Origin: Lama guanicoe
Taxonomy: Eukaryota
Length of the DNA stretch: 64,000 nt
Assembly (NCBI GenBank): GCA_013239625.1
Contig: MU056050.1
Location: forward strand, 1,908,084 to 1,972,083
Reading direction: 5' to 3'
The notes under the pieces were generated by a model, which was given only the letters and a program-made list of their open reading frames with translations, was not told where the DNA came from and did no database searches. Both the position numbers and the translations under genes were made by a program. This document shows positions 40,306-53,064 of this stretch, in pieces. How positions within the stretch are numbered: the stretch's first letter is position 1; each line of letters opens with the position of its first letter.

Positions 40306-42137
40306 CTAGTACAGAACAGAAATTTAATCACAGCACCTACTTTTGAAATTATTAAGCTGTCTCAGTTTCCACCAATGTTACTGAGAAGGATGGGCTCTGG
40401 GTAAGCATAGATTGAAACATGCACAAAATTTATTAGGCTGCTTTACGTGTAGGAGTTAATTCTCCTCACCGCAGACCCAAGCCACAAAGAAACACTTCTG
40501 ACAGTAGACAACTGAATTACAGGCATACTGCAGATAGAATGGACTAGGAAGAAATACTCTGGAAAATTGTTGCTCATTGCCTTACAACTACATCTAAAAT
40601 TAATGCTTATAAATATATTTGCCAGAGTATGGACTGAAACTCAAGATCATATTACTCTGAGAAACTAAGCTATCATATCAATATGCATAGCCCTTTGGTA
40701 CTTAGTTTCTGAATGGCTTCTTCATTCACTTCTCTCCAAATGAGAAAAATAACTGTGTCATCATTCCAGAGGTGGGTACAGTAATGAGGATTATGGAGAG
40801 AGACTAGGATTCCCTGTGGATCGGCAGACCAGTCTGAATAACTTTCAGAATTTGATCTGGGTTGAATAATAGCAAAGCGAATATATCAAGAATATTCCTT
40901 CCCACCTGTTACCATTCCCCCTATAGAAATCAGCCAGACTATGTCAGCTTTCAGGAAAAGAACCCCCAAAGCCCCAGGACAGATGCATGATTTGCCTGGA
41001 AAGAGAGAAAATTGGAATGACACACATTATGGAGAAATAGGTAATTTCAAACAATTCGACAGAGAAAGAAAGTCAAATTCAAGAAACAGAAATGGTCAAA
41101 ACAGTTGTCTAAATGAACGCTTCACCCTCCATAAGCAAAAAAAAATACTTATTTTGAATAAGTAATAACAAGTTAATGATTGTTCAACAGTTAAGAAATC
41201 AAACGGTGCAATACAGAACGACCTGAATCAACAGCCAAGAGCAGAATAGGGTACAGGTTCCTTCTGTCACTTCTCCCCTCGACAAGGTCAGCTCTCGCCA
41301 TTCCCCTTCATCTTTAACCAGCCCCCTCCTTCCAGCACTCCCTCACTCCAGTTTCCAGTGTCCATCAGCCCCACTATGCCCAGGGCTGCAGCATTAATTG
41401 GGGTTGAAACTGTGTCATGGGTCCAATTTCCTTGCCCCCAACATGTTTTCCAATGCCAATGATTTAGTAATCAGTATACAGCAAATATATTACCTAGTAA
41501 ATTTGTCTGCTTTAGCCCAAAGGGATGTCACTAATGGGGACATGTCAGACAATGAAAGTGACTGACTCAGAGTTGAGGTTCTAAGATGCACTTTAAATAG
41601 TGATAGCTGCAAACTATCTAAATGAGAATCCCTCCCACATTTTAATGTTGAATACCTGACTGGAGGAACTTGCAAGTCTTCACCAAAGAAAAGAGCAAAG
41701 CAAGCACTTTTGCTGATAAAAGCGATGAGATTTTTCTAACACTGGCTTCCATTTGAGTACAGACTTCAAGTCTTCTTGCAATGTCAGACATTGGACTGGT
41801 GGAAAAGAGACTTTTGTACCATTCCCAAAGCCCTAAGACAGACCTGATTTAAGGAGAATTTGAAAAGAAAAAAAAGAGACAAAACTCCCTGCACAACTTG
41901 CAGATCACCAGCTTCCCTACTCCTTTGCCTTTGTGAACTGAAGACCCCTATTAAATGCCAAATGCTTGAGAAAGGGACATCATTAAGACACTTGTAGATA
42001 TTTCAAAAATACGATTTTAGATCCCATATTAGATTGTGCAGGGGAGTCATCCCTGAGGGAAAAGACCCAGTGCCTAGACATCATGATGAGCAAAGGAAGA
42101 GTCTTGTTTACTTTCTGGAAAGGGTGTCCTGAGATTC

Positions 42138-42187
42138 AAGAGAGGGAGGGGGGAGGGAGGGGAAAGAGAGAGAGAGAGAGAGAGAGA
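42138..42187 (+). repeat. 50-bp pure purine tract: G-runs followed by (GA)n
   Basis: aagagagggaggggggagggaggggaaagagagag.. seen directly. Confidence 0.9.
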
Positions 42188-43073
42188 CTATTGTCGGAAG
42201 GATGAATAAATTAAAAAAAGGTCGAGAGGAAGAAAGGAAGAGTGACTGAAAGTGGAGGGGTTATTCAAGAAAAAGGTCATTGACTGCCCAGTCCTCCTGA
42301 GTCTAGTCCAGATGCCAGTAAAGAGTTGTTGACAAACTTCCCAAAGCCCCTGCCTTAGGCTTGAGGGCTCCCTCTACTAGGCTATCCCTAAAAATGCTAT
42401 TTCAGTGACTTCACCTGCTGCCTGTTTAGAAGTCAGTAATAAATCTCCAAAAGAACTGAAAAAGAGTTTGTGCTATATTTTATACCAAGCTTCTGCCACA
42501 TCACGTGTCAGCTGGCAAGAATGACAGCCTCCAATGTAAGTCTAGCAGAATCCAGCTGAGCCAGGTATCTTACAAAACTTCCACAAATCACCATACCCAC
42601 CCAAATATCAGCCCCCAAATAAAATTTTCCCTAACTATGGATAGGGAGTGAGGGAGGTGGTACTTAATTTCCATAAACGTAGACAAAAAGAATTTGAACA
42701 AATCAAGCCAATCTCAACTACTTTCCTGGGATGAAGGCCTGGTTGGCTTTCTGCTAATTTGTTCTTTAACAATGGCAAGTTCTTTTAGAGTGAGATGTAT
42801 CATTTACACGAGGTGGTGTCTTTGTTTAGAAAACTGTCTCAGTTCATGAGAAAAAAAAAGACAACATTCAGTTAACAAAGAAAAAAATGACAACTACTAC
42901 CTTCATGTTCTGTCATCACAAGTCCCCATATTCTTAAATATGACTTGAAAAACTCAACTAGCCATTTGCCCTAATCCATCAAAACTTAAATCTATTTTCA
43001 AAGCAAGAGGAAAGAGTATACACTTTTGGGTCCTAATCACTTCCTGACCACATGATTTAGGGTAAAGGCTCAG

Positions 43074-43559
43074 TATAATAGTCAGGGCCCAACCGGGGAA
43101 ATCAGAAACTTAGCGTCTTTGAAATAGAGGGTATTTAAGACAAGAAATGCATTACACAGTTGATGGAGGAGCTAAGAAGTCAAATAGAGGAAACAGGGGC
43201 AACCCAATAGCAGAAGGCCACAACCACCCCTACGACTGGAAGGGTGAGGAGAGGAGATGGTGTTTCCAGAGCCCAGAGTCACCCAGGAGAACCTAGAACC
43301 ACAGCAGGACTATCTGGTGGGAGCTGGAGCCACAGAGGAAAGGCAACCGCTTCTAAAGGTGCTGCCCCAGGCTGGAGAGTGGACAAGGCTGGCCTCATCC
43401 TTCCCCTGCCCTTCGACCTCCTACTTGCATCTCCCTTTAGCTGAACACACACAGAAGCTAGTCACCAAGGGAGCCTGAGAAATATAGTCTGCAGCAATTG
43501 GCAGGGTAGGGGAAAGGCAAGGAATGGATCTGAGGGCAAACAGATCCAGAATTGACACA
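43074..43559 (-). mobile_element. ERVL solo LTR (LTR33-like) inserted into a MIR, with 5-bp TSD CTCAG
   Basis: ctcag at 43069-43073 and 43560-43564. The minus strand begins TGTGTC. MIR sequence resumes on the right ('ctcagttccctttctataaagtagg..cactcaatacatgtt', to about 43690). Confidence 0.8.
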
Positions 43560-45754
43560 CTCAGTTCCCTTTCTATAAAGTAGGAACAATACTACCTACC
43601 TCCCTGGACCACTGCGATAACTTAGAGAGTATATGTAAAGTGCCTGACAGAGTGCCCTGTACAAAGCAGCACTCAATACATGTTCATTTTTTCCTTAGTT
43701 CCAAGGACTCAAGAAATTCATTTTTCCCCCAAATGCCTGGGTCCACCCAGAACTAAAAGCTGTATACTAAGAGCCCTTTGTTTCTAAGATAAAATTTAGT
43801 AATGCAGAAAAATTTTGCTTATATTTTCATCTGTGCTCATTTTTAATATTCCCTTTGAGAGGAATAAAACTTTTCCTTCCCATATGGTCATTTCAAAATT
43901 TTCACTTGCAGACCAGACCTGTGTCCTATTTTACCAAATAAGCTATGCTCTTGCCAGACTTTGATGTCTGATATGTCCTGATATACTGATTTCCCTGAAG
44001 ATTATCGGTGGGTAATAGCAATGGTCCAGATCCAAAGGAGTTAATGAATTCTACTAGTGAATACTAAAAGGGGGCTTTTGTGATGGAAGAAAGTCCCTCA
44101 ACAAAAGGCTAACTGAAGATAAATATCCCCACTGTCAAACACCAGCTGGGCCCAAAGCCTCCTGTTTATGTTAGAGAGGGCTCTGTCTTATAAATGTGAA
44201 CTCCAGCCTCATAGACCAAGCATGAATATTTCAGCAAAGGAATTTTGGAAAACCTTTGCTAGCCTTTTCAGAAAATAAAAATGCAAAGACTGAGACAGAG
44301 GGAATATTTAAGCCTCAGGCATTATTTGTAATTTGAGATGTTGATCATGAAAGGGAATTTGTGTTTCAATCGCCTAGACTGCCACTTAGGAAATTCCGTC
44401 CTGAGGGACTCGAAAATTGTGAGACTTTGAGCTACCACTGACATTTAAGCCAGACATAGAGGAATGGTGACTGCAGCAGAAAATACTGGTGAGGGAAATG
44501 CAATCTGCAGCAACAGAGAACCTTTTAAAACTATTTGTTCTTCCTTTGCACCTCTCCTTTCAATCCCCAACTCTCCAGCAGAGGGATAAATTCCCAAAGT
44601 CAGGAAAGTTACATCAAGAAACCAAGATCAAAACTCACAGAAGGCATTTGTTTTCAAAAGCTGAAAATATTTTGTGAATAATATTATTATTAATAATAAT
44701 AATAAAGGTAGGAGAAGGAGAGTTTCTACTATAACACGTGGATTTAAAAAAAGAAAAAGAAGACACATAGAATATGAGCGCTGAATTAGACATCACAGGA
44801 TTTTTCATTGTAGCATTAACTAAATAACTCACTGAATAACCGTGCAGGTCTCATCATTGCTCTTTGTTTCAGTTTTACATCTATGCGTCATAAATGATGG
44901 TGCTAGCCAATGATTTCTAAAGTTCCCAATAATGCTAAGATTCTATGACCAGTCGATATAAGCTCTATTTCATAATTCTAATATGTGATAAGGAAGTCAG
45001 CCTGCAGGCAAAAGGAGGGGTGGAGAAGGGGACGGGAGAGAACTGTTTGCATTCCTGCTGAGCTAGAATAAATAATGATCTTCTTTCTGTCAACAAAAGG
45101 CTTAAATCAGCAGACTAGGTAGACAATGTCAGTAAGGACTTAGAAAGATTTGTCCTTGGGGTTAGCCAAAAGTTGACTCTAGTAAATATAGTCATTGTCC
45201 ACATGGATTATTCAGTTCCCAATCAGTTAGCCCTGCCATGCATCAGAATTATCTTCGTGAAGATGGTAAAATGCAATAATACAATATATATAATAAAATG
45301 AATCTAAGTGTTACAACTATTTAGCATCCTTGCCATGTTAGAACCTTGTCAGCACTAAGCACTAAGATGTAACTAACTGATCTTGTCAGGAGAGCAAGTT
45401 TTGGTGGAAAAGTAGGTAAGACAGTGACAAGTAACTTGGAGACCTACCAGGGAAGATTTCAAAATCTGCTGGTAGATGGTGATCTCTTTGTTGAGGTTAT
45501 TCCTCTTACCCCTGCAGAAGTCCCTTGTTGAAAAAGTCCTAACTTCCCACCAGTTAGATAAATGGGGCTTAGATCCCTGCTTTGGACTATGCTTCTCTTT
45601 TCTTTTAACCAGCCCTTTAAAACTCCTCTGCCCTGTATACCATTAAGTCAGGTCTATGCAAGATGCATGCTAGCTAATCTGATAAACCAATCAGGTGGGT
45701 TAGTGAGCATTTAAGGCCTAACAGTAACATGAAAATATATCAAGATATATTGGC

Positions 45755-45930
45755 TTTGTGGTTTAAAATGTCATCTCTGGAGTAAAATAAATATGGTTTC
45801 TGATCAAAGCTCTGCCACTTTTCTAAGCTGTGCAACCTTGAACAAATCATTTAACCCCTTTGTGCTTCAGTTTCCCCATCCTGAGAAATTAGAATATCAA
45901 TAGAATACCTGGTACAGAGAAGGTCTTCAG
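45755..45930 (+). mobile_element. MIR SINE
   Basis: 'ctctgccactt..gctgtgcaaccttgaacaaatcatttaacccctttgtgcttcagtttccccatc'. Confidence 0.82.
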
Positions 45931-48098
45931 TATCTTGACTCTATCCCTCCCTTCCTCATCTCTGCTTTTTGCCAAAACAACTTCCTAGTTCTAGATCTCA
46001 ATGGTTTTCTGCTTTGATTCCACCCTTGCAGTTAACCAATGATCATGATAAAGGAACCAAAAGCCCAATATGTTAGGACCAAATATGTCCTAGGAGGCTA
46101 TTAACCAGGATTGCAACATGGCTCCATCTCCTACTCCAGAGACTCTGCTAGCTTTGGATGCCTTCAATTTATCCAGAGTAGGTGGCAGTTCAACATTTCC
46201 TGGTCTGTGGAATCCTTTCCCAAAGGCATTTAGTGACACTAATCAACACCTAAGAACTATAGCAAAAAGGGACAGTAGAGGAAGGGTCCTGAGCTTAGAG
46301 TAAAGTCATTCCATGACAAATTCATTCTTATTTTAGAGCTCAGGAAATATCTAGGCTGTCTTCCTCAGAGTGATAACAGCACATCTCTCCTACTTTTGTC
46401 ACATATTGCACAAGGGCCTAACCCTCTCTGAATAGCTACTCCAGACATTTTCAAACATACCCATCCAAACCTTTGGACATTACTACATCTAAAGGGCAGG
46501 GGATAGAAAGGGTCAGACATTAACTTAGAGACACCTTTGTTCATTAGGTCACTATTAGGACAGCTAGTTGAATCCTCCAGGGCTTAATTCCCAGAAGAGC
46601 AAATTGTAATTTTTCGACAGTAGCTGAGGGGCTGGCTGTGGCCATCACCTTTATTACATTAGACAGCTAGGCACTCACAATTGTCAGTGCACCCTCATGC
46701 CACCCCAGGGAGGTCCATCCCAATGGGCAGCATGGGGGAAATGGACAAGATTTTTGATGACTAGTTATTAAAGACACACAACAGAAACATCCCAGGGCAT
46801 AATATTGACCTTTGGTCTTTAGAGAATGGCTTAGCAGATACATCTGGTGTCTTGATACAGTTCATGTGACATCAGGCCTCTTCTGAGTGCCACAGCTGTT
46901 AAGGTTGGGTGCCAAGTAAAGCCTAATCAGGACTTCTCTTGATAACAAGGAAGACCAGATGTAAGGTTGGGCTGACACAATCTTACCTCACTAATTTGAA
47001 TAACATGGAAAAGACCACTGTTTATTAGTATAAGTTTAAATTCCATATTTATGAATCTACAGAGCTTTAGAACATTCAAATATATCCAACGACTCAGGAG
47101 TCCATAAGCAAGGGATCCTTCCATGGGTTCTTTAATGTAGAAATAAATATTTTAAATTAATTACTAAGGGACAAATACATAGCTAAGCCAGTAAGTGCAA
47201 GAGGTGTTTTTGAATCCTGAAGAAGTTGAAGAGGGCTTTATTAGAATAGCAGGACTTGAGTTAAGCTACAAGGGAAGGACAGGACTTCTAAAAGTAGAAA
47301 GGCGATGATTTTCTAAGTGCATCAGTCCCTTTCAGTTCAAGGAACAAAGGCTCAGTTTACTTCAATGAGAAGTAACTTCCAGTGTAAGACAACTTGGGGA
47401 AGTAGGAAATATCCAAAAAAAAAAGGTCTCAGCTGCTCCATAGCCTTGTGTGGTCCTTAAGTATCTTTTAGGATGTGCAGTTTTAGTAACTGAATAGCAA
47501 CTCTAAAGAGTCCAAGCAACCAGACAAGTCGGCATTACTTTCAACTCTAATCATTACTTCACACCTTCAACTATTTTCACCTTGTCTCTGTTTTTCTCTC
47601 AACTTGCATCTTTCTATGTTCCTACTCTTCTGCAAATGTCTTGATAGTCTCTCTCTTTCAACTATCTCTCTGCTTATTTGTAGCTTCTGATTATTCTAAC
47701 ACCCTGTGTGTCTCTAGTTTCTTGCCCAGTCCACCATCTACTAATACTCTGCATGTTTTTCGTACATGTGCCACAACACAGAGAATCTAAATGGGCTGGG
47801 CTGTCACTATCAAGGTTAGAGCATCACTTTTGGGAGAGTTTCTATGCTAAGCCACCGATAGATCATGGACCTGTCTGGATGACTGAGTTTGGATAAGGCC
47901 TGATTAGTTATGGCTGGAATAATAGGGTATTTTGGCATAAAGTATGGTAGTGATCCATGGGGAAGTTCTCAGAAGGAGCCACGTAAATGACTTCTCATGG
48001 GGAGTAGTATATGTGGTCCCACCTTCCATGGTCTATCTACCAAGCTGTAGATAAAAGGTGGCAATTTACACATGTTTGAGAAATAATGAGTAGATCTG

Positions 48099-48498
48099 TG
48101 TATTAGTTTGCTAGGGCTGCTATAACAAAATACCACAGACTGGGTGGCTTAAACAGCAGATAGTTATTTTCTCACAGTTCTAGAGTCTAGGAGTCCAAAA
48201 TCAAGGTTAATAGCAGGTTTGGTTTCTTCTGAACTCCTCTCCTTGGCTTGCAGATGGATGCTTTCTGTGTCCTCACATGGTCTTTCCTCTGTGTGTGAAC
48301 ATCCTTGGTTTTTCTCCATGTGTTCAAATTTCCTCTTTTTATAAGAACAGTCAGATTGGATTAGGACCAACCATAATATCTTCATTTTAACTTAATTCCC
48401 TCTTTAAAGGGACTCCTCCAAGCATAGTCATATTCTGAGGTACAGGAGATTAGGGCTTCTCTATATGAATGTGAGAGGGCAAAGTTCAGCCCATAACA
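48099..48498 (-). mobile_element. MaLR solo LTR (MLT1A/B-like), complete
   Basis: tgtattagtttgctagggctgctataacaaaataccacagactgggtggcttaaac ... ttcagcccataaca; TG..CA ends; near-TSD atctg/atcag. Confidence 0.92.
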
Positions 48499-48544
48499 AT
48501 CAGCATGACTGAGGTGGAGGTGAGGGAATGGGGTAGGAAAACAA

Positions 48545-49170
48545 TGCTTGTTAAGCACCTGCTATCAGAGATTCTACACTAGGTGCTTCTATAAAGGTTT
48601 TATTGTTTAATTCTCAAAAGCACTCTCATAAGATTGGCGCTTATTATTTGAATTTTATAGAAGAGGAAACTGAAAACCAAATAGTTTAAGATGATACAGT
48701 AATTGAGTTGAAATTCAACCTCAGCTGTGAATTACTCCCAAGCCAGTATTCCTGCCACTACACATGGCCACATCCCAGGGCTACTTAGATGCATTTGGAA
48801 ATAAAGAATTGACTATATATTGCCATTTATTGCGTTATGTATTACTATACACTGAGATTCAGAGAAGGCTCTAAATGTCAGTGCAAGGAGTATAATAGAG
48901 AATCATTGAAGTATTTGAATTGGGAAGAGAAAGTCCTGAAATGGAAAGTAATGTTCCAGGGAAGCTAATAAGAGCTAACTCTAACTGAGTGCTTACTACA
49001 TGTCAGACATTGTAATAAATGCTTTATATGAATTAACTTATTTATTCAGCACAGCAACCTTATGAGATAGATACTATTATCTCCGTTGAGACAAAGATTA
49101 AGTAACTTGCACAAAGCTCACACAGTTTGTAAGTGGCAGAGCTGGGATTTGAACACAAGCAGTATGGCTC
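48545..49170 (-). mobile_element. two MIR SINEs (about 48545-48760 and 48965-49170)
   Basis: 'attttatagaagaggaaactga'; 'gattaagtaacttgcacaaagctcacacag..gtggcagagctgggatttgaac'. Confidence 0.8.
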
Positions 49171-50549
49171 AGAAATTAATCTGACAAGTAGTGTAAAGGA
49201 TGAGATGTAGGAAAAAGAGTCTGGACATAGGGAGACCAATTTGGAGGTTATTTAAAGTCTCAGTTCAAGATGATTAGGGGTGGATCAGAGTGATACAGGT
49301 CAAAAAGAAAGGAAGGAATCAATCTGAGAGACACTGGTGAAGGATCTCTGCCTCTCAGTATTAGGAGTGGGACATTGGCAAGGAAGGAGAAAGACAGTGT
49401 CGCTTGTCTGCCAGTTCTTTCTAAAAGCTACCCCTAGGTTCCCTGCCTATTCATCCATGACTAAACCAGAAAGAAAAAAATGACAGGCTTGCAGGCGTGC
49501 TTCTCTAAAGCAATAGCCTAAACTCACATGACTTTTTCTTTCCAATCAAAAGGTAATAATTTTCTAATCTCTAAGGAGAGGCATTTGCCCCCCACCAAAT
49601 CAGAGTCTAACTACCATCTATGGTATTTACTGGAGATTTATACACAATGGTTTCCTTAGCAATGAGGAACTAACAACTTGGTTGTCTGGAGTTAAAATGT
49701 AATTTCTAAGATTTCAGAAACTATATTCTAAAGGGATGCAGTATCTCATATAGAATCATGTATTCTGTCTAGTATTAAAAAGCAAAATCGAATGTACTTG
49801 AAAAAAGATATTGAAAGTGGTTTTTATGAACGTTGACAACCTCTAGCCTAATCAAAGGGCAAACATTTCACAAAACTGTGGAGATTTCATTGAAAGAAAT
49901 TTTTTAACTAGATTGTTAACTCACAATCTTCAAAATAGCTCAGTTTGTCATAGAAAAGTGTACCCTTGTTTATTCCCCACATCATGAAATGGAAAAGGGA
50001 AGGAAAAAATTGTTTAGTAAGTGTCTCCCATTTAGGTACTTCCACATACATGATCTCTTTTTAGTCTAAAGATTATTTTCATATCACACATTCAACCCAA
50101 TCATTTTGTTTCCTGCTTCCAGAAAAGATATTTCCTAATGAACACATTTTACTTTGGTATAAAAAAACTGGGGGTCACGTGTAGCCAGTCCATTGTGACT
50201 GTGTATTGATTGGTGTGCAAGGATGGATTTACGCCTGGCAGCAGTTGGGGTAGCTGGGGCATCAGTGACCTCATGACCAAAAATGATCATTGCTGCAAGG
50301 CAAAGTCACATTGATCTCTAGCACAGACTGGAAGAATGTCAGAATAGCAGAGTCAAACAGCCCTGCCAAATCGTGGTGCCACGCTGATGACACCCCAAGA
50401 TAGAACGGATAGAGAGCAAGGAGCTGTCTATCTTCTAAGGCCTCTGCTGGAATCTGGGAGTGGTGATTGAGAGATGTAATGACTATGATACATAGCAAGT
50501 TATTTCAGATGAGAATCCTCTTTGCCTGTAAATACTGCATTTAAAAAAA

Positions 50550-50843
50550 ATTATTGAAATACAGTTGATTTACAGTGTTGTATTAGTTTCTGGCGTACAG
50601 CATCGTGATTCAGTCATATATATCTAATATATTATTTTTCATTATAGGTTATTACAAGATATTGAATGTAGTTCCCTGTGCGGTACAGTAGGACCTTGTC
50701 ATTTATCTATTTTATATATATAGTAGTTTGTATCTGCTAATCCCAAACTCCTAATTTACTCCTCCCCCTCCCCGTTTCCCTTTTGGTAACCATAAGTTTG
50801 TTTTCTATGTCTGTGACTCTTCTTCTGTCTCATAAATGAGTTT
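50550..50843 (-). mobile_element. 5'-truncated L1 3' UTR (cetartiodactyl-type)
   Basis: 'agttgatttacagtgttgtattagtttctggcgtacagcatcgtgattcag..gttccctgtgcggtacagtagg..ctaatcccaaactcc..ggtaaccataagtttg'. Confidence 0.88.
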
Positions 50844-51359
50844 GTTAAAATTAGTTATCCTATGCAGAAAATCACAAACAAGACACATTTTATCAAACAC
50901 ACCAATTCCAAATGCTGGGAAACAGTACTTACCTGGATATTCAGGGAGGACTAAAGACCAATTGTCCTTCCTCTGATTATGTATCTTCTTTATTTTCCTT
51001 ACAAGAAAGCTATTATCAGGATAATTCATTGCAAAGCACTATTACTTTAAAGAGAAAAACTTGGCTTTTCCTTCCCCAGGCCAAATTCAATACACATCAT
51101 TGCCATCATCTTTAGTCTAGTGAAGCCCCTTGAGCAAGATCATCCATCGAAAAGCCACAAAGTGGCCCCTCTCTCATCTCTGCTCTGCTCAGTGTTCTGA
51201 GTCCCCCAGTGAAATTGTAACTGGTCCTTCAGCACTTAATTTTACTCTCCAGTCCTACACAATACTTGTTTTCTCTTGCAAGGAAAATCATTGCTAGCAA
51301 TAAATTTCAAAATGCTACCATGCATTTAAAAAGCAATGTTTTGCCAAAATGAAATCAAA

Positions 51360-51550
51360 TTCTTTGGAGTCAGATAGTTCCAGATTTCAGCCATTTTATT
51401 CACTGCATGACCTAAAGGTAATTTAATCTGAGTCTCAGTTTGTTCACCTATAAAATGGGAAAAATAATATACTGCCTCATAGGTGGTTGTGAAAACTAAA
51501 TGAGGCAATGGATATAAAGAGTTTAGCACACTGCTAAGTCTTCAATCTAA
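51360..51550 (+). mobile_element. MIR SINE
   Basis: 'ctgagtctcagtttgttcacctataaaatggg..cctcataggtggttgtga'. Confidence 0.8.
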
Positions 51551-52194
51551 TGTTAGATGTTAAATATCAATATTAATAAATTTGACCTATGGAAGATGTT
51601 GTCTTTCCCCTTTGTATTTGCTCTCCATTATAGCAAAACTAAAGGCTTAATGAGAACCAATTACACATGTCCATTTCCTCATGTTTTGCCAATTCACAGC
51701 AAAGCACCTGCACCTTGGAAAGTAACTCAAAACAGATGTTGACTCAAGTCTTCGTATTTGTACATGAGTATAATGCATGGCTCTAGACTTAATCATTGAA
51801 ATACATCAGGTTCAGTGTAGGGCATTAATACAGAAATACCAGGTATATATAGCAAGCATGGATATCCCTAGTCACAGTTTCAAACGTGCTTTAGAAAAAA
51901 AAATATCTTCCTCTGAGCCAGCATTCTGCCTAATGCAGAGAACTTAAGTCAGTTACGTCCAGGTAAGTTCAGTAATCTCTGTTAGTTCAAGTTGAATCCT
52001 CAGTCGTAATCACAATTTTTCCCTTTGTTTCACTCCTTCCTCAGGATCAATGAGCAGCTCTGGGTATGTTTGGGGGTAGGGAGGCAGCTAAAGGGAATGC
52101 CACTGTGTTGGCCTTGCTTTCCTACTGCTCCAGATGTAACTCATCCCATCTGCTCCTGGGTGCACATTTTGCAGAACATTTCCTTGAAACGTTC

Positions 52195-52652
52195 ATCAGT
52201 TAATGTTTGCTGTTTAACAAGCTACCTCAAAACTTAGTAGCTTAAAATAACAAACATTAATTTAGCTCACAACTCTGTGGGTAAGCAATTTGGGCTGGAC
52301 TCAGCTGGACTCATTCATGCATCTACAGTCAGCTGGCAGTCAAGGACCTCATTCACATGTCTGGAGATTGGCAGGCTGGCAGATGGGATGAGAGAGGAGC
52401 TGGATCACATGTCTTTCATAACCCAACAGACTGGCCACAGAGTGATCAGGAGTTCCAATAGAAGCAAGAGAAGGCAAACCCCAATACATAAGCCCTCCTT
52501 CAAGCTTCTACTTGCCGTCACATCTCATGTTGACTCATTGGCCAAATCAAGCAACATGGCCAAGCCTAGAGTCAATGCACAGGGTACTATCAAAGAGTAC
52601 AGAAACAAGAAATCATGGATAAGTTAGAAATCATAGCTGCATCAACCTACCA
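52195..52652 (-). mobile_element. MaLR solo LTR (MLT1G/H-like)
   Basis: 'acctcaaaacttagtagcttaaaataac..gctcacaactctgtggg..gggctggactcagctgg..cattggccaaatcaagcaacatggccaagcctagagtc'. Confidence 0.82.
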
Positions 52653-52949
52653 TGAAACTGCTTCTTTTCTTATGGATATTTAGCCCCCACTTAGCTCTCC
52701 TGTACTGAAAAGCCATTGAGAGGAATTACATAGCCCAACTCACAGCAGAGACTGTTCAAATCATACACAGAATCCTCTCATCCAGGATAAAAGCATCTTA
52801 GAAACACATTGGTTCTCTTTCTCTCAGATAACTTCCCCATTCAATTCAGGAAACCATAGGACCTTTTCATATGGTATCCCATGTCCCTGGATGGTTCAGA
52901 AGACTTAGGGGTTGGGGATTGACAGGTGGTAAGTGTAATGGAGACTTAC

Positions 52950-53064
52950 CTTTGATCTTTTCTTGTCTAGCCTGCCACACAGTACAGCTCTACTGTAAGA
53001 CTGCTGCATTGGATTGAAAGGAAGTAGATTTCTCAACCAGGCTTCCCAGCTCACTGGTCCCCAC
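52950..53064 (-). other. candidate exon (115 nt)
   Basis: Consensus donor AAG|gtaagt, moderate acceptor gctttatatcctag|G; one open frame WGPVSWEAWLRNLLPFNPMQQSYSRAVLCGRLDKKRSK. Confidence 0.3.

Noticed and set aside
50926..50936. TACTTACCTGG matching the U1 snRNA 5' end
   Set aside because: Similarity stops after 11 nt; it is simply the complement of a consensus splice donor.
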